DNA of 64,000 nucleotides from Bacteroidaceae bacterium. Lineage in GTDB: Bacteria > Bacteroidota > Bacteroidia > Bacteroidales > Bacteroidaceae. The notes under the pieces were generated by a model. The model worked only from the letters and a program-made list of their open reading frames with translations. It made no database searches and was not told the DNA's origin. Of this stretch, positions 52,400 through 61,077 are shown one piece after another. Each line of letters starts with the position of its first letter. Position 1 is the stretch's first letter. The stretch spans positions 2,571 through 66,570 of the forward strand of contig JAGCFO010000039.1 of NCBI GenBank assembly GCA_017650105.1, given 5' to 3'. The position numbers were made by a program, and so were the translations under genes.

Positions 52400-52693
52400 A
52401 TGAAAGCGATATTTATTGTTTACGACCAAGCATACAAGGAGCGCATGCTGGCGCTTCTCGACCAAAACGGCTGTCGCGGCTTCAGCATGTTCCCTCAAGT
52501 GCAGGGACGGGGCAGCAAGAGCGGTGAGCCGCACTACGGCAGCCACGCGTGGCCCTCGATGTGCAGCGCCATCATCACCATTGTCGACGACGAGAAGGTT
52601 GACACTATTCTCGACACCCTTCATGCCCTCGACTTACAGACAGAGAAACTCGGGCTCCGCGCCTTCGTTTGGGATATTGAAAAAACTATCTGA
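52400..52693 (+). CDS. Small PII/GlnB-like fold protein (97 aa) downstream of the RND pump
   Basis: MKAIFIVYDQAYKERMLALLDQNGCRGFSMFPQVQGRGSKSGEPHYGS...AIITIVDDEKVDTILDTLHAL follows the beta-alpha-beta, T-loop (GRG..G), beta-alpha-beta layout of PII proteins. It occupies the region that the spurious N-terminal extension of ORF 52416..54686 covers in another frame. Confidence 0.6.
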   Translation: MKAIFIVYDQAYKERMLALLDQNGCRGFSMFPQVQGRGSKSGEPHYGSHAWPSMCSAIITIVDDEKVDTILDTLHALDLQTEKLGLRAFVWDIEKTI

Positions 52694-52694
52694 T

Positions 52695-54686
52695 ATGAAA
52701 CACAACATTCTCACTCTCCATTTCCTTTGCCTCTTCGGGGCTGCATTGTGCACTCTATCCAGCTGCGAGAAGAGCAACTCTCCTGCCAGCAGCAGCGAAA
52801 GAGCAACAGACTCATTCGTTTCCTCAGGCGACTATGCTATCCCTTCTGACTTGCCTGCCTACGGAACCGTAGCAGACGGTGTGTACTTGGAACCCCTTTG
52901 CTGGTGGACCGGGATGAATACCCCTTTGCAGATTATGGCACACGCCGACAGCATCGGCGCCTGCGATGTTCGCATTGAGGGAAATCGCCAAGTAAAAGTG
53001 AAAGCGGTACATACCGCTGACAGCCCTAACTACCTCTTCATCGATGTGGAGATAGCACCTAAGGCCAAGCCCGGCACTGTCGAACTTGTCTTCTCGAAAG
53101 AAGGAAAAGAGGTTGTCCGTCAGCCTTACAGCATCTATGCTCGTGCTGAGGGGTCTGCCTACCGTCAGGGGTTCACGACGGCTGATATGATTTATCTCAT
53201 CATGCCCGATCGTTTTGCCAACGGTGACACCTCGAATGACAACACCTCCCTTGCCGAAGAGAAGAGCAACCGCTCCGACTCCTTCGGGCGTCACGGAGGC
53301 GATCTTCAGGGTATCATCAACCATCTCGACTATCTCGACACGCTGGGTGTTACGGCTATCTGGTGCACGCCCCTCACCTTCGACAACGAGCGTCATGCAT
53401 CCTTTCACGGATATGCTGCTTCCGACTACGTTCACATCGATCCCCGATACGGCACCAACAGTCTCTTCAAGACTTACGTGAAAGAGTGTCACGACAAAGG
53501 CATCAAGGTTGTGATGGACTTCGTGCCCAATCACTGCGGTGCCCGTCATTGGTGGATGCGTGATCTCCCCTTCAACGACTGGATACACCAGTTCCCGCAC
53601 TACACGAAGAGCAACTTCTGCTTCTCGCCCAATATGGATGTCAATGCCTCCAAAAAAGATCTCTTCTATCAGGAGAGCGGATGGTTCGCCAACTCGATGC
53701 CCGACATGAATCTCGACAACCCCTTCGTGCTCCGCTACTTCCAGCAGGTAGCTGTGTGGTGGGTTGAGTGGAGCGGGCTCGACGGCATACGCATCGACAC
53801 CTACCCCTACAACGAGAAGGTTCCCGCTTCGATGCTCTGTAAGGCTATCACCGACGAATATCCCCGACTCAACATCGTGGGAGAGTGCTGGACTCTCAGC
53901 GTGCCGCAGCTCGCCTATTGGCAGGGGGGGAACCCGAACGCTGACGGCTTCGACAGCCATCTGCCTTCCATCATGGACTTTCCTCTTCGCGATGCTATCG
54001 TTCGTGGCCTTCCTGAGGAGCGTCCTGGATGGGGCGAGGGGCTCACACGCATCTACGATGCCCTCTCGCACGATTTCGCCTATCACGATCTCTCGCACAT
54101 GCTCATCTTCGCTGCCAATCACGACACCGAACGTCTGGGCAGCATCGTTCGCGGGAATGTCGATAGGATGAAGATGATAACCGTGCTGCTGGCTACGCTG
54201 CGCGGCATTCCGCAGACCTATTACGGCGACGAGTTGATGTTCCTCAATTCCGACGACAGAGGCGACAGCGCCTGGCGCCGTGAGTTCAGCGGAGGCTGGG
54301 AAGGCGACGAGGTCAACCTCTTCACAGCTGAAGGACGCACACCCGAGCAGGAGGACCTCTATCGTTTCAACAGCCGTCTGTGGCAATGGCGCAAGAGTGC
54401 CCAAGTGGTTCAAAAGGGCAAAACTCTCCATTTCCTCACTCGCGACAATACCTATGCCTACTTCCGCTACCTCCCTGCTGAGGAGGGCAAGACGATAGAG
54501 AAAGCCGTCTTTGTTTACCTCAACAACAGCAACGAGGACAAGCATGTTCCCTGGAGCTACTACGACGAAATCACCCCTCGTCTCGGTTCCTCCGCCACAG
54601 ATGTCCTCACAGGTGCTCCCGCATCCGTCTCCGACGCCACAGTCGTCCCTGCTGGCAAATTGTTGGTAGTAGAGTTTTCTAAGTGA
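52695..54686 (+). CDS. GH13 alpha-amylase family enzyme (cyclomaltodextrinase/neopullulanase-like), lipoprotein
   Basis: True start MKHNILTLHFLCLFGAALCTLSSC (ATG at 52695, 1 nt after the PII-like stop). The four GH13 regions are present: VMDFVPNHCG, DGIRIDTYPY, IVGECW and FAANHDTER. DRFANGDTSND and GGDLQGIINHLDYLDTLGVTAIW are also present. Confidence 0.92.
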   Translation: MKHNILTLHFLCLFGAALCTLSSCEKSNSPASSSERATDSFVSSGDYAIPSDLPAYGTVADGVYLEPLCWWTGMNTPLQIMAHADSIGACDVRIEGNRQVKVKAVHTADSPNYLFIDVEIAPKAKPGTVELVFSKEGKEVVRQPYSIYARAEGSAYRQGFTTADMIYLIMPDRFANGDTSNDNTSLAEEKSNRSDSFGRHGGDLQGIINHLDYLDTLGVTAIWCTPLTFDNERHASFHGYAASDYVHIDPRYGTNSLFKTYVKECHDKGIKVVMDFVPNHCGARHWWMRDLPFNDWIHQFPHYTKSNFCFSPNMDVNASKKDLFYQESGWFANSMPDMNLDNPFVLRYFQQVAVWWVEWSGLDGIRIDTYPYNEKVPASMLCKAITDEYPRLNIVGECWTLSVPQLAYWQGGNPNADGFDSHLPSIMDFPLRDAIVRGLPEERPGWGEGLTRIYDALSHDFAYHDLSHMLIFAANHDTERLGSIVRGNVDRMKMITVLLATLRGIPQTYYGDELMFLNSDDRGDSAWRREFSGGWEGDEVNLFTAEGRTPEQEDLYRFNSRLWQWRKSAQVVQKGKTLHFLTRDNTYAYFRYLPAEEGKTIEKAVFVYLNNSNEDKHVPWSYYDEITPRLGSSATDVLTGAPASVSDATVVPAGKLLVVEFSK

Positions 54687-54688
54687 AA

Positions 54689-57600
54689 ATGAAAAAGAAA
54701 AAATTCTTTTTCCTTCTTCTTAGCGCGATATTCCTTCTTCTCGCACTCTGTTTTGTTCTCCACACGCGTACGGTGAAGCTCAGCAAGAGCGAGCTGATGG
54801 ATAAGATTAAAGGAGGTTGGGCAGGACAGACGATAGGCTGTGCCTACGGAGGTCCTACCGAGTTCTGCTATCGCGGCGTGATGATTCCCGACGAGACACC
54901 CATTGTCTATCCCGAGCATCACCTGCAGCATTTCTTCGACCGTTCTCCCGGGCTCTACGACGACATCTATATGGACCTAACCTTCGTCAACGTCCTGTCC
55001 CGTCTGGGACTTGATGCGCCCGTCGACTCCGTTGCACACGCCTACGCTTATGCCCCCTATCCCCTCTGGCACGCCAACCAAGCTGCGCGATACAACATCC
55101 AGCACGGCATCCTTCCTCCCGCCTCGGGGCATTGGCGCAACAATCCTCATGCCGACTGCATCGACTATCAGATCGAGGCCGACTACGCAGGACTCATGTC
55201 GCCCGCTATGCCCAACGCTGCATCGGCTCTCAGCAACCGCATTGGGCACATCATGAACTATGGTGACGGCTGGTACGGAGGCGTCTTCGTGGGAGCGATG
55301 TATGCGCTTGCCTTCGTCGAGAACGATGTGGAAGCCATCGTCACAAAAGCGCTGAAGACAATTCCCCGCAACACTAAGTTCCACAGTTGCCTGAGCGACG
55401 TCATCAGATGGTACAAGGAAGACCCTACCGACTGGAAGCGTGCCTGGCAGCTCTACAACGAGCGTTGGAGCGACGATGTGGGCTGTCCCGAGCTGGTGCT
55501 TGCACCGGGCAACATCGACGCCACTATGAACTCCGCCTACGTAGCAATAGGCTTGCTCTTCGGTCAGGGCGACTTCGGGCGTACGCTTGAGATATCCACC
55601 CGCTGCGGGCAAGACTCCGACTGCAACCCCTCGACGGCAGGAGGCGTGCTCGCTACGATGCTTGGCTACAGCCACATCCCCGAGGAGTGGATGCCCAACG
55701 TGCGCGAAGTGGAAAATCGCCCCTTTGCCTACACTGACATCTCGCTCAACAGCGCCTACAGCATGACTTACGAGCTTGCCCTCCAGCAGATTATCCGCAA
55801 CGGGGGACGTGTGAGCGAAGACGCCGTACGCATCAAGGCGCAGAAACCTCGTGCCGTTCAGTGGGAGCAGGGCTTCCCCGACATGCACCCCGTGCTGCTT
55901 ACCGAAAATGTCCTCCTCTCCGACACCACACAGGCTGAACCCCTGACGCTCTCCTTCGAGGGAAAGGGAATCGCTGTCTATGGCCAGCTGAGTTGTCCCG
56001 ACAAAGACTACTCCGCAGAGTTGGAAGTCAGCGTCGACGGAAAGACCGACCGAGTTGTCAACCTCCCTGCCGACTTCCTTCAGCGCACGGCCGACTGCCT
56101 CTACTGGAACTACGACCTCCCCGAGGGCTCGCACACCGTCTCCTTCCGGCTTCTCAATCCCCGCTCTGGCGCTGAAGTAAGAGCCTACAAGGTTATCCGA
56201 TATCTGTCTGGTTCTTCCGTGCAGGAAGCGAATAAGGAGGATGTGCTGCAGCACGTCAACCTCTTCATCGGCACCGCTAACGACTATGGGCAGATGGCTC
56301 CCGGGGCATGCATGCCCTACAGTCAGATACAAGTGTCGCCCGACAGCAAGCCGCGTCAGCATCCCGGCTACGACTATGAGGTTGCCCGCATCTCGGGCTT
56401 CAGCATCAACCGCCTCTCTGGCGTGGGCGGCAGCGGCTGTGGAGGCAACGTGTCGCTGATGCCCGATGCGACAGGTAACGATGTGCAGCTGCTGAAATCA
56501 ACCGAGCAGGCCTCTCCCGGCTACTATGGTGTGCAGCTTACAAACGGTGTGTCGTTTGCCGCTACTGCCGACCGACGTATGGCAATCGAGCGTTTCACGT
56601 TCCCCTCACCTGCAAGCGCCGTTCTGCTGCTCAACCCCTCCTCTGCCTTCGATCGAGTACACAGCGCTTCATTCCGTCAGACGGACGACTGCGTAGGGCA
56701 AGGGTACATCGATTGTGCCAACACCTGTGGGCGGGGAAGCTATCATCTCCATTACCGGCTCTTCTCTTCGGCGCCTTTCGCCTTGGAAGAGCAAGCCGAC
56801 GGCATGAAGAAACTGTCGTTCCCCGCGCTCACCGACAATACAGTCGAAATACGCATCGTGGTTTCTACGGGATTGGCACAGGAGCTGGATGCCCTCCCCG
56901 AGTCCGACGTCTGGCGCACGACCTTCGACGAGAAAGTCGTACAGGCCCGTGAAGCTTGGCGCCAGCTGCTCTCTGCCGTTGAGGTGGAGGGAGGCTCTGC
57001 CGATGAGCGCACACTCTTCTACACCTCGCTCTACCGCACCTTCCACAGCCCCTTCCAGGTTACCGACAGCACTATGCGCCACTATCTGGGCACCGACGGC
57101 AGTGTGCACGAGGCACGCGACTTTACCTACTACAGCTCTTGGTCGTTGTGGGACACCTATCGCACCAAGTTCCCCCTGATAACGCTGCTCGACGCACAGC
57201 GCTCGGCCGACATTATGCAGTCGCTCGCGACCCTCTATATGACGGGGAAGAAAGACTGGAGCACAGCCTTCGAGTGTGTGCCTACCGTGCGCACCGAGCA
57301 TGCTGTCGCCACTCTTCTCGATGCTTACCGGCAGGGTGTCTCTATCCCCAACCTACGCGAAGCCTATCCCGGGATGACGAAGGAGGTTGAAGGACTCTCG
57401 CTGAAGAGCCCCGACCAGTGTCTTGAGGCTGCAGGCGACTTCTGGGCGCTGGGGCAGCTGGCACAGGAACTGGGCATCAAGGACGATGCTGCGCGATGGG
57501 CACGCCGCGGGGAGGAAATCTTCGACAGCATCTGGCCTCAGGAGTTTCAGACCATCGACAGCTCATTTGTCAAGATGCGCGGAAACGGACTCTATCAGGG

Positions 57601-58186
57601 CACCCGTTGGCAGTATCGATGGGGAGCACCCATGTATCTCAACCGCATGACAGCCCTTGTGGGCAAGAAAGAGCTGGCACACGAGTTGCTGACATTCTTC
57701 GAGCAGCAGCTTTACAATCAGGGCAACGAGCCCGACATCCACGTACCCTTCCTCTTCGGGCGACTGGGCATGCCTGCGCAGACAGGCCTCACCGTGCGTC
57801 CGCTGGCAACCGAGGTGGTTACCCACCGCTACGGGGGAAACGATGCCTATCCCGTTCCCTGGGAGGGATGCGCCTTCGTGAACGCTCCTCGCGGCTATGC
57901 ACCCGAGATGGATGAGGACGACGGAGCTATGAGCGCGTGGTATGTGTTTGCCAGCATGGGACTCTATCCCTTAGTGGTGGGCGAGGCACAGTATGAGGTT
58001 TTCTCACCCCTCTTCGACAAAGTGACGCTTCATCTCAACGGCAACGACGTCGTCATCAGCACTCAGGGACGCAAGGATGTCAACCAGCCGCTGAAGAGCG
58101 TCACATGGAACGGGAAGCGTCTGCGCCATTTCCAGATATCCGTCTCGGAGCTCAAGAAGGGCGGCAAGCTTGTGATGCACTATTAA
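54689..58186 (+). CDS. Fusion protein: N-terminal ADP-ribosylglycohydrolase-family domain + beta-sandwich + C-terminal GH92-like alpha-mannosidase module
   Basis: TM/signal anchor MKKKKFFFLLLSAIFLLLALCF. ARH-like KIKGGWAGQTIGCAYGGPTEF ... GQDSDCNPSTAGGVLATMLGY. GH92-like VNLFIGTANDYGQMAPGACMPYSQIQVSPDS, GNEPDIHVPFLFGRLGMPAQT and EMDEDDGAMSAWYVFASMGLYPLVVGEAQYEVFSPLFDKVTLHL. The track start at 54683 is a GTG; an ATG lies at 54689. Confidence 0.85.
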   Translation: MKKKKFFFLLLSAIFLLLALCFVLHTRTVKLSKSELMDKIKGGWAGQTIGCAYGGPTEFCYRGVMIPDETPIVYPEHHLQHFFDRSPGLYDDIYMDLTFVNVLSRLGLDAPVDSVAHAYAYAPYPLWHANQAARYNIQHGILPPASGHWRNNPHADCIDYQIEADYAGLMSPAMPNAASALSNRIGHIMNYGDGWYGGVFVGAMYALAFVENDVEAIVTKALKTIPRNTKFHSCLSDVIRWYKEDPTDWKRAWQLYNERWSDDVGCPELVLAPGNIDATMNSAYVAIGLLFGQGDFGRTLEISTRCGQDSDCNPSTAGGVLATMLGYSHIPEEWMPNVREVENRPFAYTDISLNSAYSMTYELALQQIIRNGGRVSEDAVRIKAQKPRAVQWEQGFPDMHPVLLTENVLLSDTTQAEPLTLSFEGKGIAVYGQLSCPDKDYSAELEVSVDGKTDRVVNLPADFLQRTADCLYWNYDLPEGSHTVSFRLLNPRSGAEVRAYKVIRYLSGSSVQEANKEDVLQHVNLFIGTANDYGQMAPGACMPYSQIQVSPDSKPRQHPGYDYEVARISGFSINRLSGVGGSGCGGNVSLMPDATGNDVQLLKSTEQASPGYYGVQLTNGVSFAATADRRMAIERFTFPSPASAVLLLNPSSAFDRVHSASFRQTDDCVGQGYIDCANTCGRGSYHLHYRLFSSAPFALEEQADGMKKLSFPALTDNTVEIRIVVSTGLAQELDALPESDVWRTTFDEKVVQAREAWRQLLSAVEVEGGSADERTLFYTSLYRTFHSPFQVTDSTMRHYLGTDGSVHEARDFTYYSSWSLWDTYRTKFPLITLLDAQRSADIMQSLATLYMTGKKDWSTAFECVPTVRTEHAVATLLDAYRQGVSIPNLREAYPGMTKEVEGLSLKSPDQCLEAAGDFWALGQLAQELGIKDDAARWARRGEEIFDSIWPQEFQTIDSSFVKMRGNGLYQGTRWQYRWGAPMYLNRMTALVGKKELAHELLTFFEQQLYNQGNEPDIHVPFLFGRLGMPAQTGLTVRPLATEVVTHRYGGNDAYPVPWEGCAFVNAPRGYAPEMDEDDGAMSAWYVFASMGLYPLVVGEAQYEVFSPLFDKVTLHLNGNDVVISTQGRKDVNQPLKSVTWNGKRLRHFQISVSELKKGGKLVMHY

Positions 58187-58248
58187 CACTCTTCCTATCC
58201 GAAAGACGCTGTGCGCTGTGCACCTTGATGCTTCGCTCCGCCGTCCAT

Positions 58249-59133
58249 CTACTGCCGGCGGAAGTGTGTGCTGGCGCGCTGCAGCACGTCGCCCAGCTGG
58301 CCGTTTACCCACTCGTCGTTGTGGGCCCCGTCGTTTGAATAGAACGCGTAGGGGATGTCCCTCTCACGCATCACCCTCACAAGGTCCATATTCGCCTCCA
58401 GCGTGAAGTCATGATCGCCTACGGCAATCTTCCAATCCACCTGGCGCCAAGCTGCCACCTCCTCGTCGGAGCCTTGCCGTATGCGCTCCACGGGATTATT
58501 CCTTTCTATCAGCTGCTGCCTCCACTCTGCCGAGGGGTCGAACCTCAGAAACTCGAGCGGCTGTCGGCGCAAGTAGCCGCTGATGTCGTACACCATACAG
58601 AACATCTCGGGATGATGCACTCCGTACACCGTTGCCGCTCCTCCTCCCATTGAGAAGCCCGCAACGGCACGTCCTCCCCTGTCGGTGCGCGTGCGATAGC
58701 TCCGCTCGATGAACGGAATCATTTCGTTGAAGAAGTAGTCCTCGTACCTCCAGTCGGGCGCCCCTTCAGCCAGATCGGGCATGGCGTTGAAATACATCAT
58801 GTTCTGCAGGTTCGCTTCCGGGCACACCACTATCATCTCCTCCGCTACGCCGCTCTGCACCAGGCTGTTCATCACCTGCGACAGGTGGTTGCGCTGCTCC
58901 CACGCCGTATGGGCGTCACCGCCTCCGTGAAGCAGGTACAGCACGGGGTAGCGTCGTTGATTGTCGGTGTAATAGCTGGGAGGCAGATACAGCGAGTAGT
59001 CCCGCTCGCTGATGCCGCTGAGTAGTCTGCACGGCATCTTCAGCGCTACAGTGGAGCCCGCGCTCTGCGCCAACGCTCCTCCTGCCAGCAACCACAGTCC
59101 TAAAAAGATGAAGAAAAGTTTTTTCATATGCAA
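58249..59133 (-). CDS. Secreted esterase (esterase D / CE1-like alpha/beta hydrolase)
   Basis: Signal peptide. YPVLYLLHGGGDAHTAW. Nucleophile elbow GFSMGGGAA. Confidence 0.85.
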   Translation of the reverse strand: MHMKKLFFIFLGLWLLAGGALAQSAGSTVALKMPCRLLSGISERDYSLYLPPSYYTDNQRRYPVLYLLHGGGDAHTAWEQRNHLSQVMNSLVQSGVAEEMIVVCPEANLQNMMYFNAMPDLAEGAPDWRYEDYFFNEMIPFIERSYRTRTDRGGRAVAGFSMGGGAATVYGVHHPEMFCMVYDISGYLRRQPLEFLRFDPSAEWRQQLIERNNPVERIRQGSDEEVAAWRQVDWKIAVGDHDFTLEANMDLVRVMRERDIPYAFYSNDGAHNDEWVNGQLGDVLQRASTHFRRQ

Positions 59134-59431
59134 TAAGCAAAAAACGTGACATCGTACATAAATCTACCCACCCCCCCAAAGCCTGTATGACAAATTCCCG
59201 TAAGAAAAGACTTTTGCGCTTAAGTTCTGTTCCAGGATGAGTCAGCGCAGTCTATGCCCTTGCTGCCCTATCGTTTGTTTGCGTTCTTTCTCCTTCGTGG
59301 GATAAAGGAGGGGAAGTGCCCGAGGGGGAGATGTCCCATCAGAGGGATTTAGCACCCCGATCGGCACAATTCAGTCAAGTTTGGCAAAATTGCTGCATTG
59401 CGCTGCAAAGTGCGCCTGGAGCTTGGGCTCC

Positions 59432-59497
59432 AACAAACCTGATAAAAGCTTACAAACCTGACAAGAGTTTACAAACCTGATGAAAGTTTAGAAACCC
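59432..59497. repeat. 19-bp tandem direct repeat, 3 full units + partial: (A/T)ACAAACCTGAYRARAGYT
   Basis: AACAAACCTGATAAAAGCT (59432-59450), TACAAACCTGACAAGAGTT (59451-59469), TACAAACCTGATGAAAGTT (59470-59488), TAGAAACCC (partial). The last units overlap the stop and final codons of the C69 dipeptidase gene. Confidence 0.85.
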
Positions 59498-61065
59498 ATA
59501 CCGAACTGCCGCCAGAACCTTGCCTCCAGCCCTTGCCAACGGCTGGCGGCATCGCGATATACATCTGTGGTGAAGGCGTTAATCATGGCTAAAGCACGCG
59601 CGTTGCCCTCTTCGCCCAAGGCCAGGGCGTCCTTCACACGCGTCTCGAGGGATGGCAGGCGGTCGGATACCACTTTCTCGACTGCAAGGACCTCACCGAA
59701 CACGGTGCCCTTCGTCTGCTGCCAAGCGACGGTAGCCAACTTGTTAGCGCGGCGGAACGTCCACAGCGCACAGTCGGGCTCATAGCTGTTCTGTCCGCAA
59801 CGGTCGTACGCCTCAGGCAACCTGGTGGTGCCGCAGAAGACAGGGATGCGAGGGCTCTCTCCTGGATTGTCGAGCGAGAGCCAGCACACGCCGCCCACCT
59901 CGTCAGGCAGCCAGTTGCGCAGCTGTGTGACGTGGGAATAGGAGCACCACGCCACAGCCACCGTACGGCGGAACTCAATCGTGTTAGGGTTCAGAAAATT
60001 GAGTGTGCGCTGCATGTTTCCGCCCAGCCAGGGGTTGGCGATGGGGCTGACGATGGTATCGGCTCTTGTGGTGCCGTCTTTGTCGCGTCGGTTGACTACC
60101 ACGTTCACGTTCTGACACATATCCATGAAGGTCCCCTCAAAGGTGCTGCGAAACAGCTCCATCACGCGGTGTACGTCGACCAGCGTGTCGGGTTTCACCG
60201 AGAAGGGCAGCTCGTCCATATCGTAAGTGAGGCCGAGGGAGGGTGCTAGCGCGTTGAGGATGAAGTACTCCCTGTCGTGGAAGTTGCGTCCTTTGGCATA
60301 GTCGCAGTTGAAGACGCGCCAAAAGACGAACTCGCCCTTGCCGTCCCAGAGTCCGTACTTCAGAGCCACCTTTTCTACATTGTCGGAGGCCATAAAGAAG
60401 TCTTTGTTCTTGCGATCCATCTTACCTATGCGGGGGATATTTGCCGACACAGCCACATGGTCGTCGGGCACGCGCTGGGCAGCCCACACGCCTCCAATGG
60501 CATCTGGCCCTTCGCCCAGAATCTCCATCTGCCACACTTCGTTCTTGTCGGCAATGGTGATGCACTCGCCGCTGTCGCCGTAGCCGTACTTCTTCACCAG
60601 CTGTCCGATGAGCCGGATGGCGTCGCGCGCATTGTCGCAGCGCTGCAGTGCCACGCGCTCCAGCTCCTCGATGGTAAACATCCCATTCTCATTCATCAGT
60701 GTGTCGGGACCTCCGAAGGTTGTCTCGCCGATAGCCAATTGGCGCTCGTTGAGGCAGGGATAGGCGGTATTGAGATAGGCGAATGTGTGCTGTGCCTCAG
60801 GGATTTGTCCCATCAGGCGCACGCCTGTCGTATCCTCGCGGAACGAGGTGTGCATAGTACCGCGCAGCACATCGTGCAGCGCCCCACGAGTATAGTCAGC
60901 AGCGGGCTCTATGAAAGCCCACGTGCGATAGCGCCCGTCGCAGGTGTGAGAGGTGATGACTGAGCCGTCGGTGCTTGCAAGGCGCCCCACCATGATGGAG
61001 GTGCAGCACCACGCGGGTATCCACGCGGTTAATAGTAAGAGGAGGGAAAAGGCGTATTTCTTCAT
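59488..61065 (-). CDS. Peptidase family C69 dipeptidase
   Basis: The signal peptide ends ...WIPAWC and is followed by CTSIMVGRLASTDGSVITSHTCD, the N-terminal nucleophile Cys typical of C69. Confidence 0.9.
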   Translation of the reverse strand: MKKYAFSLLLLLTAWIPAWCCTSIMVGRLASTDGSVITSHTCDGRYRTWAFIEPAADYTRGALHDVLRGTMHTSFREDTTGVRLMGQIPEAQHTFAYLNTAYPCLNERQLAIGETTFGGPDTLMNENGMFTIEELERVALQRCDNARDAIRLIGQLVKKYGYGDSGECITIADKNEVWQMEILGEGPDAIGGVWAAQRVPDDHVAVSANIPRIGKMDRKNKDFFMASDNVEKVALKYGLWDGKGEFVFWRVFNCDYAKGRNFHDREYFILNALAPSLGLTYDMDELPFSVKPDTLVDVHRVMELFRSTFEGTFMDMCQNVNVVVNRRDKDGTTRADTIVSPIANPWLGGNMQRTLNFLNPNTIEFRRTVAVAWCSYSHVTQLRNWLPDEVGGVCWLSLDNPGESPRIPVFCGTTRLPEAYDRCGQNSYEPDCALWTFRRANKLATVAWQQTKGTVFGEVLAVEKVVSDRLPSLETRVKDALALGEEGNARALAMINAFTTDVYRDAASRWQGLEARFWRQFGMGF

Positions 61066-61077
61066 ATTTAAGAAGGA

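Noticed and set aside
51320-52624. 434-aa minus-strand ORF spanning the end of the RND gene, the intergenic gap and the PII-like ORF.
   Set aside because: It is antisense to the strongly supported RND permease for most of its length, has an H/D/G/A-rich shadow composition and shows no motifs. The plus-strand PII-like ORF explains the remaining part better.
52416-52694. N-terminal 93 codons of the listed 756-aa ORF 52416..54686.
   Set aside because: The translation (MFTTKHTRSACWRFSTKTAVAASACSLKCRDGAARAV...) is R/S/T/A-rich junk that overlaps the PII-like ORF in another frame. A proper lipoprotein start MKHNILTLHFLCLFGAALCTLSSC occurs at 52695.
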